Shown here: positions 29,092-38,229 of the stretch, one piece after another
Layout of the letters: each line of letters opens with the position of its first letter
Numbering within the stretch: the stretch's first letter is position 1
Source of the DNA: a virus
Lineage: Duplodnaviria; Caudoviricetes
Reading direction: 5' to 3' (one strand)
Length of the DNA: 64,000 nt
Virus record (IMG/VR): IMGVR_UViG_3300043450_000376
The notes under the pieces: generated by a model
The model's database searches: none
Told to the model about the DNA's origin: nothing
What the model saw: the letters and a program-made list of their open reading frames with translations, nothing else
Made by a program: the position numbers and the translations under genes

Positions 29092-29376
29092 ATGAAGACA
29101 AAGAAAGACAGGCTATGGTTAGTCGAGATCTGGAATTCAGATATCCTAACCGGTCGCAGCGTGCTAACCACACTGAAAGGGGTACACCAATTTACTAAGG
29201 TCCAACTGGATGCAAAGACCCTAAATATTGAATACAAAACCCTATGTCGAGAAGCGGCGAGCAGGCCAGTTCTCCTATGGGATAGGAGCAAGTGGAATAC
29301 TGAAGAAGAAGCATTATACAATCCCGAAGCCCAGCACTGCCAGGTCTCGATCGTACCCTTAATTAAAATGAAGTAA
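29092..29376 (+). CDS. hypothetical early protein
   Basis: 1-bp gap after upstream gene. Confidence 0.55.
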   Translation: MKTKKDRLWLVEIWNSDILTGRSVLTTLKGVHQFTKVQLDAKTLNIEYKTLCREAASRPVLLWDRSKWNTEEEALYNPEAQHCQVSIVPLIKMK

Positions 29377-29398
29377 TAATTATTAAACAACAAATATA

Positions 29399-29527
29399 AT
29401 GTCTAAATTCAAACTTATAGTAAAAGGTGCTGGAGTTTACAAGTGCGATAGCTTAGGTTCCCTAATAATCGAAGTATTAAAGCATAGGTTTTGGCATTTG
29501 ATACATGATGGTAAATGGATGGATTAA
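29399..29527 (+). CDS. small protein (42 aa, not in ORF track)
   Basis: MSKFKLIVKGAGVYKCDSLGSLIIEVLKHRFWHLIHDGKWMD. Confidence 0.5.
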   Translation: MSKFKLIVKGAGVYKCDSLGSLIIEVLKHRFWHLIHDGKWMD

Positions 29528-29577
29528 AAATAATCTATTAAAAATTTTTTACTGTCAAATAAAAGTATTATATTTAC
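29525..29577 (+). promoter_or_regulatory. early promoter
   Basis: TTTTTTACTGTCAAATAAAAGTATTATATTTAC. Confidence 0.75.
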
Positions 29578-29604
29578 AGTATAATCAATAAAAACAAAAA
29601 GGAT

Positions 29605-29751
29605 ATGGAAATTAAAACAACAAGAGAGTTAAAAGAAATTTTACAGTTTAACCTAATTACTTACTTAGATGGACATGATGACGAAGTACTTGATACCATT
29701 TGTAAAATAGTAATTGATGCAGTCAATAATTACGAAGTAAATAAAAAATAA
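29605..29751 (+). CDS. small protein (48 aa, not in ORF track)
   Basis: MEIKTTRELKEILQ..; follows promoter. Confidence 0.5.
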   Translation: MEIKTTRELKEILQFNLITYLDGHDDEVLDTICKIVIDAVNNYEVNKK

Positions 29752-29756
29752 AGGTT

Positions 29757-29933
29757 ATGGCAAAACTAACTAACGTAGAAAAAGAAGCACTAAGGGCTGG
29801 ATTAGAATTATGGGTCGAAGGAGTCCAAAAGGAGATTCAAGCAATCGAAGATCAAGGCAAGACCCCGCTATTTGCGAAAGCCTGGCCAGAAATGATTAAG
29901 AAAGAATTATTAACTAAACTTAAAGTTCAATAA
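29757..29933 (+). CDS. small protein (58 aa, not in ORF track)
   Basis: MAKLTNVEKEALRAGLELW..; fills gap in operon. Confidence 0.55.
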   Translation: MAKLTNVEKEALRAGLELWVEGVQKEIQAIEDQGKTPLFAKAWPEMIKKELLTKLKVQ

Positions 29934-29934
29934 T

Positions 29935-30174
29935 ATGACAAATAATAAACAACAATCGGCAGTGAAAAAGGTAAAAACAGGTATCATAAGATTCCTAAGC
30001 GGAATAGAGATGTTAATTCGTAGGAACATGATAACTGAGCCGGTTGGCGAAACCTTAGATCTTAGCTATGGTAATGGTCCTCGTGTTATGCGAACGGTTG
30101 AACCAAAGGAGCAGGCGGATTTTAATAGTTGGGCTAACCATGTCCATAGAGAAATCCTATCTAAATATAAGTAA
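29935..30174 (+). CDS. hypothetical protein
   Basis: FNSWANHV motif; coupled. Confidence 0.55.
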   Translation: MTNNKQQSAVKKVKTGIIRFLSGIEMLIRRNMITEPVGETLDLSYGNGPRVMRTVEPKEQADFNSWANHVHREILSKYK

Positions 30175-30290
30175 TACTATATTTAACATGACACATTGTC
30201 CTATTGACCTTGAGTTGGTAGGACACTTTGTCATAAAATAGTATTTGGCACCAAATTTGATCTATTAATATTAAAATAATTATATGTAAC

Positions 30291-30680
30291 ATGTTATTAC
30301 GTACTTTTTTCTCGGGAGAACCGAGCCTAACTCAAGAAATCCTAAAAGGATTACGCGACCCAATGTGGTCTACACTAATGTCAACTACACATCAGTCAGA
30401 CAACTATGATGTCAAAATTACAGACGAACTTGCACAGTATCGAATGATTATTGCTGGCCGTACTGAAGAAGAAATTGATATCGATATTGTTAATGATTAT
30501 CTAGTTGTTAAGGCTAAGAAAGCCAGTTGGATTCCTGCGCAGGAATTCCAGTTTGGTCTGCCTAGCCGTAGAGAATCTATTACAGCCAAGCTTATCGACG
30601 GAATCCTAACTGTTGATGTCGCTATTGCCAAAAGAGATTCTAAAGTTGGTAAGATAGTTATTAGTAGAGAGAAGAAATAA
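30291..30680 (+). CDS. small heat-shock protein (Hsp20/alpha-crystallin domain)
   Basis: IAGRTEEEIDIDI..YLVVK..F.LP....ITAKLIDGILTVDV. Confidence 0.8.
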   Translation: MLLRTFFSGEPSLTQEILKGLRDPMWSTLMSTTHQSDNYDVKITDELAQYRMIIAGRTEEEIDIDIVNDYLVVKAKKASWIPAQEFQFGLPSRRESITAKLIDGILTVDVAIAKRDSKVGKIVISREKK

Positions 30681-30822
30681 TAGTTTGATTGATTGGTTAA
30701 TAATGAGAGAGGGTCCTAGTAATAGGGCCTTTTTCTTTTAGGAAAGATTCCCTAAAATAAATTTTTTACTTTCAAGTATTTTAGTTATATTTACATATCA
30801 ATTAATAATTAAACCTTTTACT

Positions 30823-31011
30823 ATGAAACAATTTATCGGAACCCTTTTATTCTTTAGCTGGTTATTAGTCTTTATTCTTATGTGCGCAACTGATGGTCCA
30901 ATGGAAATTCCAGCCAAACCCTCGTCGCCAATCCTAGTTGCTATTTGTTTTTATGTTATAATCTTTGGCACCCCATTCCTTTCGATTTATTTAATGAAAG
31001 AAAAAAAGTGA
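30823..31011 (+). CDS. small membrane protein
   Basis: two TM helices; promoter TATATTTAC at 30786. Confidence 0.55.
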   Translation: MKQFIGTLLFFSWLLVFILMCATDGPMEIPAKPSSPILVAICFYVIIFGTPFLSIYLMKEKK

Positions 31012-31073
31012 TACAAAGTTTTTTAGTGTCAACTTAATTGGTTATATTTACTTATAACTTAAAACCTAATAAC

Positions 31074-31253
31074 ATGAAAAAGAAGCAAATTATTGAAAAG
31101 GCAGAGGCTTTCCTAAAGCTTTATGGATTTACCCAACAGGATTACATAGTTTCCCTACAGGGGCCAACGATAATTCTCTCAATTAGTGGCACTGAAAAAA
31201 TGCATGGAAACCTAAAAAACGAATTATTAAACGTAGGGATGCAGATCCTGTAA
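31074..31253 (+). CDS. hypothetical early protein
   Basis: likely start MKKKQ at 31074 after promoter 31043. Confidence 0.55.
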   Translation: MKKKQIIEKAEAFLKLYGFTQQDYIVSLQGPTIILSISGTEKMHGNLKNELLNVGMQIL

Positions 31254-31254
31254 A

Positions 31255-31323
31255 TTGTTAATAACTTTTAGGAAAATAAGTGCCTAAAAGTTTTTTACTG
31301 TCAAATAAAAGTATTATATTTAC
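31255..31323 (+). promoter_or_regulatory. early promoter with upstream box (59-bp spacing)
   Basis: TTGTTAATAACTTT..AAAATAA..TTTTTTACTGTCAAATAAAAGTATTATATTTAC. Confidence 0.8.
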
Positions 31324-31349
31324 TTATAACCAATTAAACCCTATAGATT

Positions 31350-31556
31350 ATGAAAAGATTATTTTGTACATCAGTTACAGACTTTGATGGAAATTTTGAA
31401 AGTCCAATTATCTTCCACATCCGTGCCGAAACAACGGACGATGCTGAGAAGTGTACGCGCGAACATTTAGTAGAGTCCGGCTATGATAAAGAAACAATTG
31501 ATGAAACCTTTGACATGGTTACATTTGAAGTAACTGAGATATTAGAACAAGACTAA
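31350..31556 (+). CDS. hypothetical early protein
   Basis: follows promoter. Confidence 0.6.
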   Translation: MKRLFCTSVTDFDGNFESPIIFHIRAETTDDAEKCTREHLVESGYDKETIDETFDMVTFEVTEILEQD

Positions 31557-31631
31557 TTATTAATAACTTTTGAAAAAAGATTTTTTACTGTCAATAATTT
31601 TAGTTATATTTACTTTATAAAATAAACAAAC

Positions 31632-32024
31632 ATGAAAATACTCTTAGAAAAAAATGAAGCGGAAGAAATATTCTTTAACGCAATGTGTAACGGCTTAGGC
31701 TACGTAACTAGCGGTTATGATTTAGAACTGGATTTCGACGACAAGGAATACCAAACCGCAGCTGCAAAACTAAAAGCAGGCGGTGCTAGCCCTTGTTTTG
31801 AAGATGTCTTAATGCAGATCTTACGTGATGGTAACAAGATTACCCTAGTAGATATTGGCTGTGAAGGCGAATACACTAGATCTGTAACCCTAGCGGATGT
31901 ACATGAACGCGTGGCCTTGACCCCAGCCAGCCATCTCCTAGATATGATAAACGAAAACGACGATGCATGCACTGCGGATGTTGTACTACAAAGCGTGTTC
32001 TTTGAAGATATAATCTTTGGCTAG
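31632..32024 (+). CDS. conserved hypothetical early protein
   Basis: follows promoter 31557-31613; ADVVLQSVFF..IIFG terminus. Confidence 0.65.
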   Translation: MKILLEKNEAEEIFFNAMCNGLGYVTSGYDLELDFDDKEYQTAAAKLKAGGASPCFEDVLMQILRDGNKITLVDIGCEGEYTRSVTLADVHERVALTPASHLLDMINENDDACTADVVLQSVFFEDIIFG

Positions 32025-32143
32025 ACCCCGGCTAGGGCCACTCCCTAGTAGACAATGTTAATAACTTTATTAAAAAACATTGTACTATGTCAAATAAAAG
32101 TATTATATTTAAATTATAAATCAATCAATCTAAAAAAATAACT

Positions 32144-32860
32144 ATGGCAAAATTTGAAGCATCAACCAACTTACCAGCATACTTTAAAAGTATTGACAAA
32201 CTGGCGAAGCCTTTAAGCAAGGCTGCGGAAAAAGAATTAGCTATCCGGATTCAGGCCGGCGACGAGGCTGCAATGCACTCCCTAGTAAATGCTAACCTTA
32301 AGTTCGCTGTCAGCTTAGCGAATAAGTTTATTGGACTAGGCTTGCCTGTCGACGATCTTATTATGGAAGCTAACTGCGGTCTTATCGAAGCTGCAAAGCG
32401 TTTTACTCCAGAAAAAGATGTTAAGTTTATTACCTATGCACAGTTCTGGATTCGTAAGAAGTTAAATACTGCACTAGGCGAGTATGGTCGTACTGTACGA
32501 TTACCTATGAATCAGGAATACGATATCTACAAGCGCAAAATGGCTGGCGAAGATATCAACTTAACTAATATTAGATTAGACAAGCCAATCGGCGAAGATG
32601 GTTCTAATACCTTAGGCGATCTTATTCTTCGTGCAGAATTCGTGGATCCATTTGAAGAACAAAGCGTTGAGCAACAAGTTGCCGCAGTGTTAAGCAAATT
32701 AAATGACCATGATCGCAAGGTAATCGAGACTTTCTATGGAATCGACAGAGGCGAAGCTCGCTCTGCTAAAGAAACTGCTGATGAATTAGGAATGGAAGTT
32801 TCTAAAGTAAATCAAACTCTTCGATTAGCTCGTCACAAATTACGTAAAACTTTTAACTAA
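32144..32860 (+). CDS. RNA polymerase sigma70-family factor (regions 1.2-4)
   Basis: LVNANLKFAVSLA, DDLIMEANCGLIEAAKRF, KFITYAQFWIR, VRLP, region 4 HTH SAKETADELG. Confidence 0.92.
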   Translation: MAKFEASTNLPAYFKSIDKLAKPLSKAAEKELAIRIQAGDEAAMHSLVNANLKFAVSLANKFIGLGLPVDDLIMEANCGLIEAAKRFTPEKDVKFITYAQFWIRKKLNTALGEYGRTVRLPMNQEYDIYKRKMAGEDINLTNIRLDKPIGEDGSNTLGDLILRAEFVDPFEEQSVEQQVAAVLSKLNDHDRKVIETFYGIDRGEARSAKETADELGMEVSKVNQTLRLARHKLRKTFN

Positions 32861-32876
32861 TTAAATCCTAAAGAAA

Positions 32877-33278
32877 ATGTCAGATCAAATTAAACAATGG
32901 ATAGCTAAAGGCTATGCGCTAGAAGTAACAGAAGTAATTATAGAGAATGATAAGGCAGGGGATCTAGATCAAGAAACTCTTTTACTTGATATAACTAATG
33001 CTGCACTGGAAAATATGAAGGATGATATAGTTCCTTTTGTAAATCCTAACTTGACTGAAGAGCAGGTCAGTGCAGTGATAGACTCTGCAGCGAAAGCCCA
33101 AATAAGAAATACTATTTCTGAAATGGTAGACGCTGGATTAATTGATGCAGCGCTTAGCGAATCAGGCGAGGTAATGTACAAGCAGTCTGCAAAAGGCGCA
33201 GCCTACGAAGACATGCTTCAAGATGGATTCATAAAGCCAGAAGACTTTACTAAACAATTAAAAGGAGGAAAACTATGA
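32877..33278 (+). CDS. hypothetical acidic protein
   Basis: coupled to sigma gene. Confidence 0.6.
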   Translation: MSDQIKQWIAKGYALEVTEVIIENDKAGDLDQETLLLDITNAALENMKDDIVPFVNPNLTEEQVSAVIDSAAKAQIRNTISEMVDAGLIDAALSESGEVMYKQSAKGAAYEDMLQDGFIKPEDFTKQLKGGKL

Positions 33279-33586
33279 TAAGTTATGTCGAAGAACAGGG
33301 TAGTATTGCAAGCGTGGTGCACGACAACGGGACCCGAACCCAGTTTGTATTAGGTAACTATGAACTTATAGGTTGGGATTCAGAAGAGGTCTGCTGCATG
33401 TCTCAAACAGGCGAGGTTAATTTCTTTACTGCAACCGGCGAGAATAGAGGTATGTATAGATTAGGATTACCCAATCAAGAACCTCTCTCTTTTAATAATG
33501 GTATATTACTTTACGAAGACCTTGGCCTAAGAGAAAAGTTTGCATATAATCGTCGCACAGGCGAAACCCGGCAGTCGAATCGATAG
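33275..33586 (+). CDS. hypothetical beta-rich protein
   Basis: ATGA overlap. Confidence 0.55.
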   Translation: MISYVEEQGSIASVVHDNGTRTQFVLGNYELIGWDSEEVCCMSQTGEVNFFTATGENRGMYRLGLPNQEPLSFNNGILLYEDLGLREKFAYNRRTGETRQSNR

Positions 33587-33623
33587 TACAATAATAGATA
33601 ATACTATAATATAACCAGGAATC

Positions 33624-33788
33624 ATGTCAGTAGGAACCTATTACTATTACTCAAAACTAGATAAATCAACCGAGGCTGTTGATAAAGTTTTTACAACTGG
33701 CAGATTGGCCGCCGCTAAACACTTCGCAAACCGTAAGAATCTGCCGCTAAAGGCATTCTTACAAATATGGGCAGTAAGCAAAAAATAA
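33624..33788 (+). CDS. small protein (54 aa, not in ORF track)
   Basis: MSVGTYYYYSKLDK..FANRKNLPL..FL. Confidence 0.5.
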   Translation: MSVGTYYYYSKLDKSTEAVDKVFTTGRLAAAKHFANRKNLPLKAFLQIWAVSKK

Positions 33789-33797
33789 TCTCGATGT

Positions 33798-33941
33798 ATG
33801 GATCCAAAAGAAAAAGAAGGGGCAGACTCAGCTGCGCAACAAGAGCTAGACCAATGGTTAAAGGATCTTGATAAAGAACTTGATAATCTTGAAGAAGAAC
33901 AAAAAGAGAGATGGGGACCAGATGGAAAACCTGAAGAATAA
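33798..33941 (+). CDS. small acidic protein (47 aa, not in ORF track)
   Basis: MDPKEKEGADSAAQQELDQWLKDLD.. Confidence 0.45.
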   Translation: MDPKEKEGADSAAQQELDQWLKDLDKELDNLEEEQKERWGPDGKPEE

Positions 33942-33943
33942 AA

Positions 33944-34011
33944 TGTTAATAACTTTTTTAAAAATAAATGAACCTGGATTTTTTTAATTCAGGTTTTTTT
34001 ATTATATTTAC
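33944..34011 (+). promoter_or_regulatory. early promoter, hairpin subclass; 65 bp identical to 39579-39643
   Basis: TGTTAATAAC..GAACCTGGATT-T5-AATTCAGGTTT..TATATTTAC. Confidence 0.8.
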
Positions 34012-34037
34012 ATATAACAAACTAACAAAGATATAAT

Positions 34038-34319
34038 ATGAACTACTCACAAATCCTTTCTCAAATCAACACCCTTTCTACTGCTGACCTTTCAAAGTTA
34101 AATGCAGATCTTATTGACATTATTAAATTACGTCGCAGACAAGAAGCGCGTATGGTAAAACGTTCTTTAATAATTGGGATGTCGGTTAGAGTTAACCATC
34201 CTAAAGCTGCGGGTAAAACGTTCGAAGTTGTTAAAATCAACCGCACCAAAATACATTTAAAAGAAGCTGGTAAATTAGGCATTATAATCGCTCCACTTAG
34301 TTTGACTGAGGCAATTTAA
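34038..34319 (+). CDS. hypothetical basic early protein
   Basis: follows promoter. Confidence 0.65.
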   Translation: MNYSQILSQINTLSTADLSKLNADLIDIIKLRRRQEARMVKRSLIIGMSVRVNHPKAAGKTFEVVKINRTKIHLKEAGKLGIIIAPLSLTEAI

Positions 34320-34335
34320 TAATAAACAAATCAAT

Positions 34336-34647
34336 ATGAAAATGACAAGAGAAGAACAGATTAACATCGTAAGGGCAGAGGTAGAAATATACCTTGATAA
34401 TAATGCTCAATGGACAGAACTCGTCGACCTATCGGAAAGTGAAAGAGTTCATATTATTGATATAGGAACCTCGATTCTCTGCACTAAGTGGAAGGTAGGA
34501 TATGAAGGTGGAAGCTTTGTACAGAGCTTTGTTGCTAACGATCTTATGGGTGCGATTGGTCGCGCAGATTATACAACATACAAAGGATTAAAATTCTTTG
34601 CAAACTTAGTCTATAATGTAGGAATACCAACTAAACTATTAAAATAA
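34336..34647 (+). CDS. hypothetical protein
   Basis: GGSFVQSFVANDLMGAIGRAD. Confidence 0.65.
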   Translation: MKMTREEQINIVRAEVEIYLDNNAQWTELVDLSESERVHIIDIGTSILCTKWKVGYEGGSFVQSFVANDLMGAIGRADYTTYKGLKFFANLVYNVGIPTKLLK

Positions 34648-34653
34648 AAAGAT

Positions 34654-34893
34654 ATGAAGATACACGAAAAGGCGAGAGCCTATGACGAATTAATGAAGGA
34701 TATAGATTCCTTTATTACTCAATTAGAGGAACACTCTAACTCCATTAAAGAAATCGATAAGGACGAAACTGGTAAAGACGGGATGGGATATTATCCTATG
34801 AAAGTAGGTCGTCTCGTTGGAAGCAACTTTGGTCTAGAGCTAAAGATTCAAAAAATGGTGGGTATATTAGAATGGTATAAGAAATTAAAGTAA
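34654..34893 (+). CDS. hypothetical protein
   Basis: coupled. Confidence 0.55.
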   Translation: MKIHEKARAYDELMKDIDSFITQLEEHSNSIKEIDKDETGKDGMGYYPMKVGRLVGSNFGLELKIQKMVGILEWYKKLK

Positions 34894-34914
34894 TCAATTA
34901 AATCAAATATAACT

Positions 34915-35217
34915 ATGGCAAAACTAAGCTTTAACCCTGGATCAGGAACCTCGTTCCACGACACTGTAATTACATGTTCTTATAACCAATTAGCCCAAGC
35001 AATTGGTGAGCCCCAGCATAGCGATAATACTGGCGAGGATAAAGTAAACTTCGACTGGAGGTGCGAGTTGGAAGACGGACAGATATTTACAATTTATGAT
35101 TGGAAAGAGTATAGACCAATTGGGAAAGACGAAATGATTGAATGGCATATTGGTGGTTACAACCATATTGTTACAGAGCAAGCTCTCATTGAGTTGACAG
35201 CACTCTTAGCACAGTAA
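34915..35217 (+). CDS. conserved phage hypothetical protein
   Basis: KVNFDW..FTIYDWK..EWHIGG. Confidence 0.65.
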   Translation: MAKLSFNPGSGTSFHDTVITCSYNQLAQAIGEPQHSDNTGEDKVNFDWRCELEDGQIFTIYDWKEYRPIGKDEMIEWHIGGYNHIVTEQALIELTALLAQ

Positions 35218-35341
35218 TATAGTTTCTATTATATCAAGAAATATAATCCAACAGGAGTGTCCCAGCGACCTCCTGTTCTGGGTTAGTATTAAAACCTTTT
35301 GGCTTATTCTAATAAAAGATATCAAAATAATACTTATATTC

Positions 35342-35701
35342 ATGTTTAAAGCGATCGCAAACTGGTTTAAAGGATTGTTAGGTAAAGCAGAACAAGAAGT
35401 AGTTAAGGACAAGCAAGTAGTAGATTCATTCGAGAAATGGTCAACTGTTGTTAATGAGATTCCTAAAGCAAAAGTTGAAGAGGTTAAAAAACCTTATCCA
35501 ATCGTAGCCGAAGAAACTGTAAAGCCTGCCCCTACTAAAGCTGAGAAGAACTCTCGTAAGAAAGATTCAACGAAGCCTGCTAAAGAGACAACTAAGACAA
35601 CTGCAAAGACGTCTAAGCCCTCTACAAAACCTGCGCAGAAGGCTGGCAAGCCAGCTGCAAAGACTACACCTAAGTCCAATACAACTAACACAACTAAGTA
35701 A
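35342..35701 (+). CDS. protein with histone-H1-like K/T/P/A-rich tail
   Basis: AKETTKTTAKTSKPSTKPAQKAGKPAAKTTPK. Confidence 0.6.
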   Translation: MFKAIANWFKGLLGKAEQEVVKDKQVVDSFEKWSTVVNEIPKAKVEEVKKPYPIVAEETVKPAPTKAEKNSRKKDSTKPAKETTKTTAKTSKPSTKPAQKAGKPAAKTTPKSNTTNTTK

Positions 35702-35928
35702 TGGTAAAGACACTAGTACTACACAGAGAAGACACAAAGGTAATATATTGCCTAGGTGGTGGCGAAGAAATCCAATTGAATAATGCGGTAATCCGTATTA
35801 CATTTCCGGAAACTACTCGTCAAATTAAGACCATTTCGTTTGGCACTCAAGAAGAAGCAGACTCTGCTTTTAAGGAGATTCAAGACTGGCTTGCTAGCAC
35901 GCTAGCCCAGTTGGTTATGGAACTATAA
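35701..35928 (+). CDS. hypothetical protein
   Basis: 1-bp overlap. Confidence 0.55.
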   Translation: MVKTLVLHREDTKVIYCLGGGEEIQLNNAVIRITFPETTRQIKTISFGTQEEADSAFKEIQDWLASTLAQLVMEL

Positions 35929-35931
35929 GAA

Positions 35932-36000
35932 TTGTTAATAACTTTTCTTAAAATAAGTCCTCAAAGATTTTTTTCTTTGAGGATTTTTTATTATATTAGC
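35932..36000 (+). promoter_or_regulatory. early promoter, hairpin subclass
   Basis: TCCTCAAAGA-T6-TCTTTGAGGA (35958-35983) before TATATTAGC. Confidence 0.8.
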
Positions 36001-36026
36001 TCTATAACCAATTAACTAAAGAAGAT

Positions 36027-36182
36027 ATGTGGACACTAGATTGCAGCTACTACAAGAAAGAATTCTCAACTCTACAAGAACTTATCGATGATGTCATGTC
36101 CAGCGGCATGGATCCAAATTACGAGATCCTGCGAGATGGCAAGCCTACGGGCGAAGAGCTATGGGATTTTATAGTCCCATAA
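36027..36182 (+). CDS. small protein (51 aa, not in ORF track)
   Basis: MWTLDCSYYKKEFSTLQELIDDVMSSGMDPNYEI..; between two promoters. Confidence 0.6.
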   Translation: MWTLDCSYYKKEFSTLQELIDDVMSSGMDPNYEILRDGKPTGEELWDFIVP

Positions 36183-36270
36183 TTTTTTGAAAATACGTGC
36201 TCAAATATTTTTTACTGTCAATTATTTTTATTATATTAGCTTTATATTAATCAACTAAACCCTTAAATGT

Positions 36271-36489
36271 ATGTATGTAATTATTAATCTTAATCACGAT
36301 GGTGATTCCTATTTCTTAACTGAAAACCTAGACAAAGCCCAAGCGGAGTTTAATGAGTGTTGCAAAGAAGACGAATATAACTTCAAAGTAATCCTATGTC
36401 GTCCAACTCTTGAAGGAACATTTGGATTTGGAAGTCGTGGCGAACTTTATGGTGCGGAGATCATTGAAGAATGGGAGAGAGAAGATTAG
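36271..36489 (+). CDS. hypothetical early protein
   Basis: follows promoter 36183-36240. Confidence 0.55.
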   Translation: MYVIINLNHDGDSYFLTENLDKAQAEFNECCKEDEYNFKVILCRPTLEGTFGFGSRGELYGAEIIEEWERED

Positions 36490-36500
36490 TCTCTCCCAAA

Positions 36501-36568
36501 TTGTTAATAACTTTATGAAAATAATTAATAAAAAGTTTTTTACTGTCAAATAAAAGTATTATATTTAC
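36501..36568 (+). promoter_or_regulatory. early promoter with upstream box (58-bp spacing)
   Basis: TTGTTAATAACTTT..TTTTTTACTGTCAAATAAAAGTATTATATTTAC. Confidence 0.8.
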
Positions 36569-36593
36569 TCTATAACCAATTAAAAAATAACAT

Positions 36594-37010
36594 ATGTCAA
36601 ATCAAATCGTGTTCGCCCGTTTCGGAATGGGACCAGACCCAAGAGTTTCAGAAGTATTAATGTCTGAAATTATTTTAAACAAAACTGACGCAAAAATTCT
36701 TCCACTTCCTGGAATTATTATCTCAGTTTTTAAAAGTGAGTTGACACCAACTCAAATTCGGGATCGTTTTAAAAACGATAGTGAGTTAAATGAAGTTCCA
36801 TTTATGGTTACGACCTTAGAAGATTTCGATATTAATCTTCCAGAAAAAATTCGTAAATCAGTTTTTGGTTTAGGTGAAACCTCATCACCAACAAGTTCCA
36901 CATCACACTTAACAATGGATGACTTATTGGAATTGATTTCAGTTAAAGGTTTAAGTGGACTAACCGTCGACGAAAAATCCAGACTCGATGTATTACGAAG
37001 TGAGTTTTAG
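36594..37010 (+). CDS. protein with DUF6576-like C-terminal helical domain
   Basis: MDDLLELISVKGLSGLTVDEKSRL. Confidence 0.55.
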   Translation: MSNQIVFARFGMGPDPRVSEVLMSEIILNKTDAKILPLPGIIISVFKSELTPTQIRDRFKNDSELNEVPFMVTTLEDFDINLPEKIRKSVFGLGETSSPTSSTSHLTMDDLLELISVKGLSGLTVDEKSRLDVLRSEF

Positions 37011-37033
37011 TTTAGTAGTTAATTGATAGAATT

Positions 37034-37060
37034 GGGAGAGCGAAAGTTCTCCCTTTTTTT
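37034..37060 (+). terminator. intrinsic terminator
   Basis: GGGAGA-GCGAAAGT-TCTCCC + T7. Confidence 0.8.
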
Positions 37061-37127
37061 GTTAATAACTTTTTGAAAAATAATTGACCCCAGATTTTTT
37101 AGTTTGGGGTTTTTTGTTTATATTTAC
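37059..37127 (+). promoter_or_regulatory. early promoter, hairpin subclass; no ORF downstream
   Basis: ACCCCAGATT-T4-AGTTTGGGGT (37087-37110) before TATATTTAC. Confidence 0.75.
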
Positions 37128-37222
37128 TATGTCAATCAATCAATAAGACGGGACGGTTCTGAACAAGGAAGCGGGAGGTATACTCCGACCTACCTCTATA
37201 TTTGGCTAGGATTACAGGAAAA

Positions 37223-37290
37223 TTGTTAATAACTTTTTGAAAATAAGTGTATAAAAGTTTTTTATTGTCAAACTAATTGCTTATATTTAC
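37223..37290 (+). promoter_or_regulatory. early promoter with upstream box
   Basis: TTGTTAATAACTTT..TTTTTTATTGTCAAAC..TATATTTAC. Confidence 0.75.
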
Positions 37291-37313
37291 TTAACCAATT
37301 AACTTAACTACAT

Positions 37314-37826
37314 ATGACAAATCAAATCAGAGCAGCTCGGCCAAACCTTAATCCAAAGTCACTACCAACCTTGGCGCTTGCAGGTAGAGCCAACATCACC
37401 TTCCGCAATAATGAACAACTTACCCACATGAACGTGCGTATCAAGCAGTTACGTGACAAGGAGGATCGCAAAAAGATGCTGCCTATTTACTACGTCAATA
37501 TCTCTCTATTGGCGGACGGGCGTAGCGGTCATCAGTTTGCAGGTACCCTATTTGCCGAGCCCTTAACCTATGTATTGGGCAAAGGAGTTACACCAAGCTC
37601 GCGACTGGCACAGGCTCTAGGCTGGGTGGTAGCTGCTATTAAGGACCCTACAATTTTGGGAACCCGAGTAGGTCTATTTCATAATGGGACCTGCTGCAAA
37701 TGTGGCTTGCCATTAACCCATCCAGAAAGTATCAATACTGCAATGGGACCTGTTTGTTTGGAGAGAGTAAAAGCCGCAATGACATCAGTAGACTTTTTCG
37801 ACACCTTTACCCCAATCGGGGTATAG
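37314..37826 (+). CDS. DUF6011-like Zn-finger protein
   Basis: CCKCGLPLTHPESINTAMGPVC. Confidence 0.7.
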   Translation: MTNQIRAARPNLNPKSLPTLALAGRANITFRNNEQLTHMNVRIKQLRDKEDRKKMLPIYYVNISLLADGRSGHQFAGTLFAEPLTYVLGKGVTPSSRLAQALGWVVAAIKDPTILGTRVGLFHNGTCCKCGLPLTHPESINTAMGPVCLERVKAAMTSVDFFDTFTPIGV

Positions 37827-37843
37827 GTTATACTTAGTTACAG

Positions 37844-37910
37844 TGTTAATAACTTTTTGAAAATAAGTAACAAAAAGTTTTTTACTGTCAAATAAAAGTA
37901 TTATATTTAC
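37844..37910 (+). promoter_or_regulatory. early promoter with upstream box
   Basis: TGTTAATAACTTT..TTTTTTACTGTCAAATAAAAGTATTATATTTAC. Confidence 0.8.
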
Positions 37911-37935
37911 TTATAACTAATTAAAACAAATAAAG

Positions 37936-38187
37936 ATGATTTTTCAAATAAAAAACGAAAGCAACGAGGTTGGACTGTTAAAAGTCGTTGAATGTATAGG
38001 AAATACCTGGTCTCCCGAGTCATATGGTGATATTATCAGTAAGTCATTAAAACTCTTTTCTGAAATAGGAGAGGCCGATGGATGGGATGTTGATGATCTT
38101 GATGATTTTGTGGAATTCAACAATCTGAGAAACGTATTAATTTTGGAGCATTTTTTTATAGTGGACGAAATACAATTTTATCAATAA
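37936..38187 (+). CDS. hypothetical acidic protein
   Basis: follows promoter. Confidence 0.55.
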   Translation: MIFQIKNESNEVGLLKVVECIGNTWSPESYGDIISKSLKLFSEIGEADGWDVDDLDDFVEFNNLRNVLILEHFFIVDEIQFYQ

Positions 38188-38229
38188 AATACTTATATTT
38201 ACTTTATAATCAATTAAACTATATACAAT

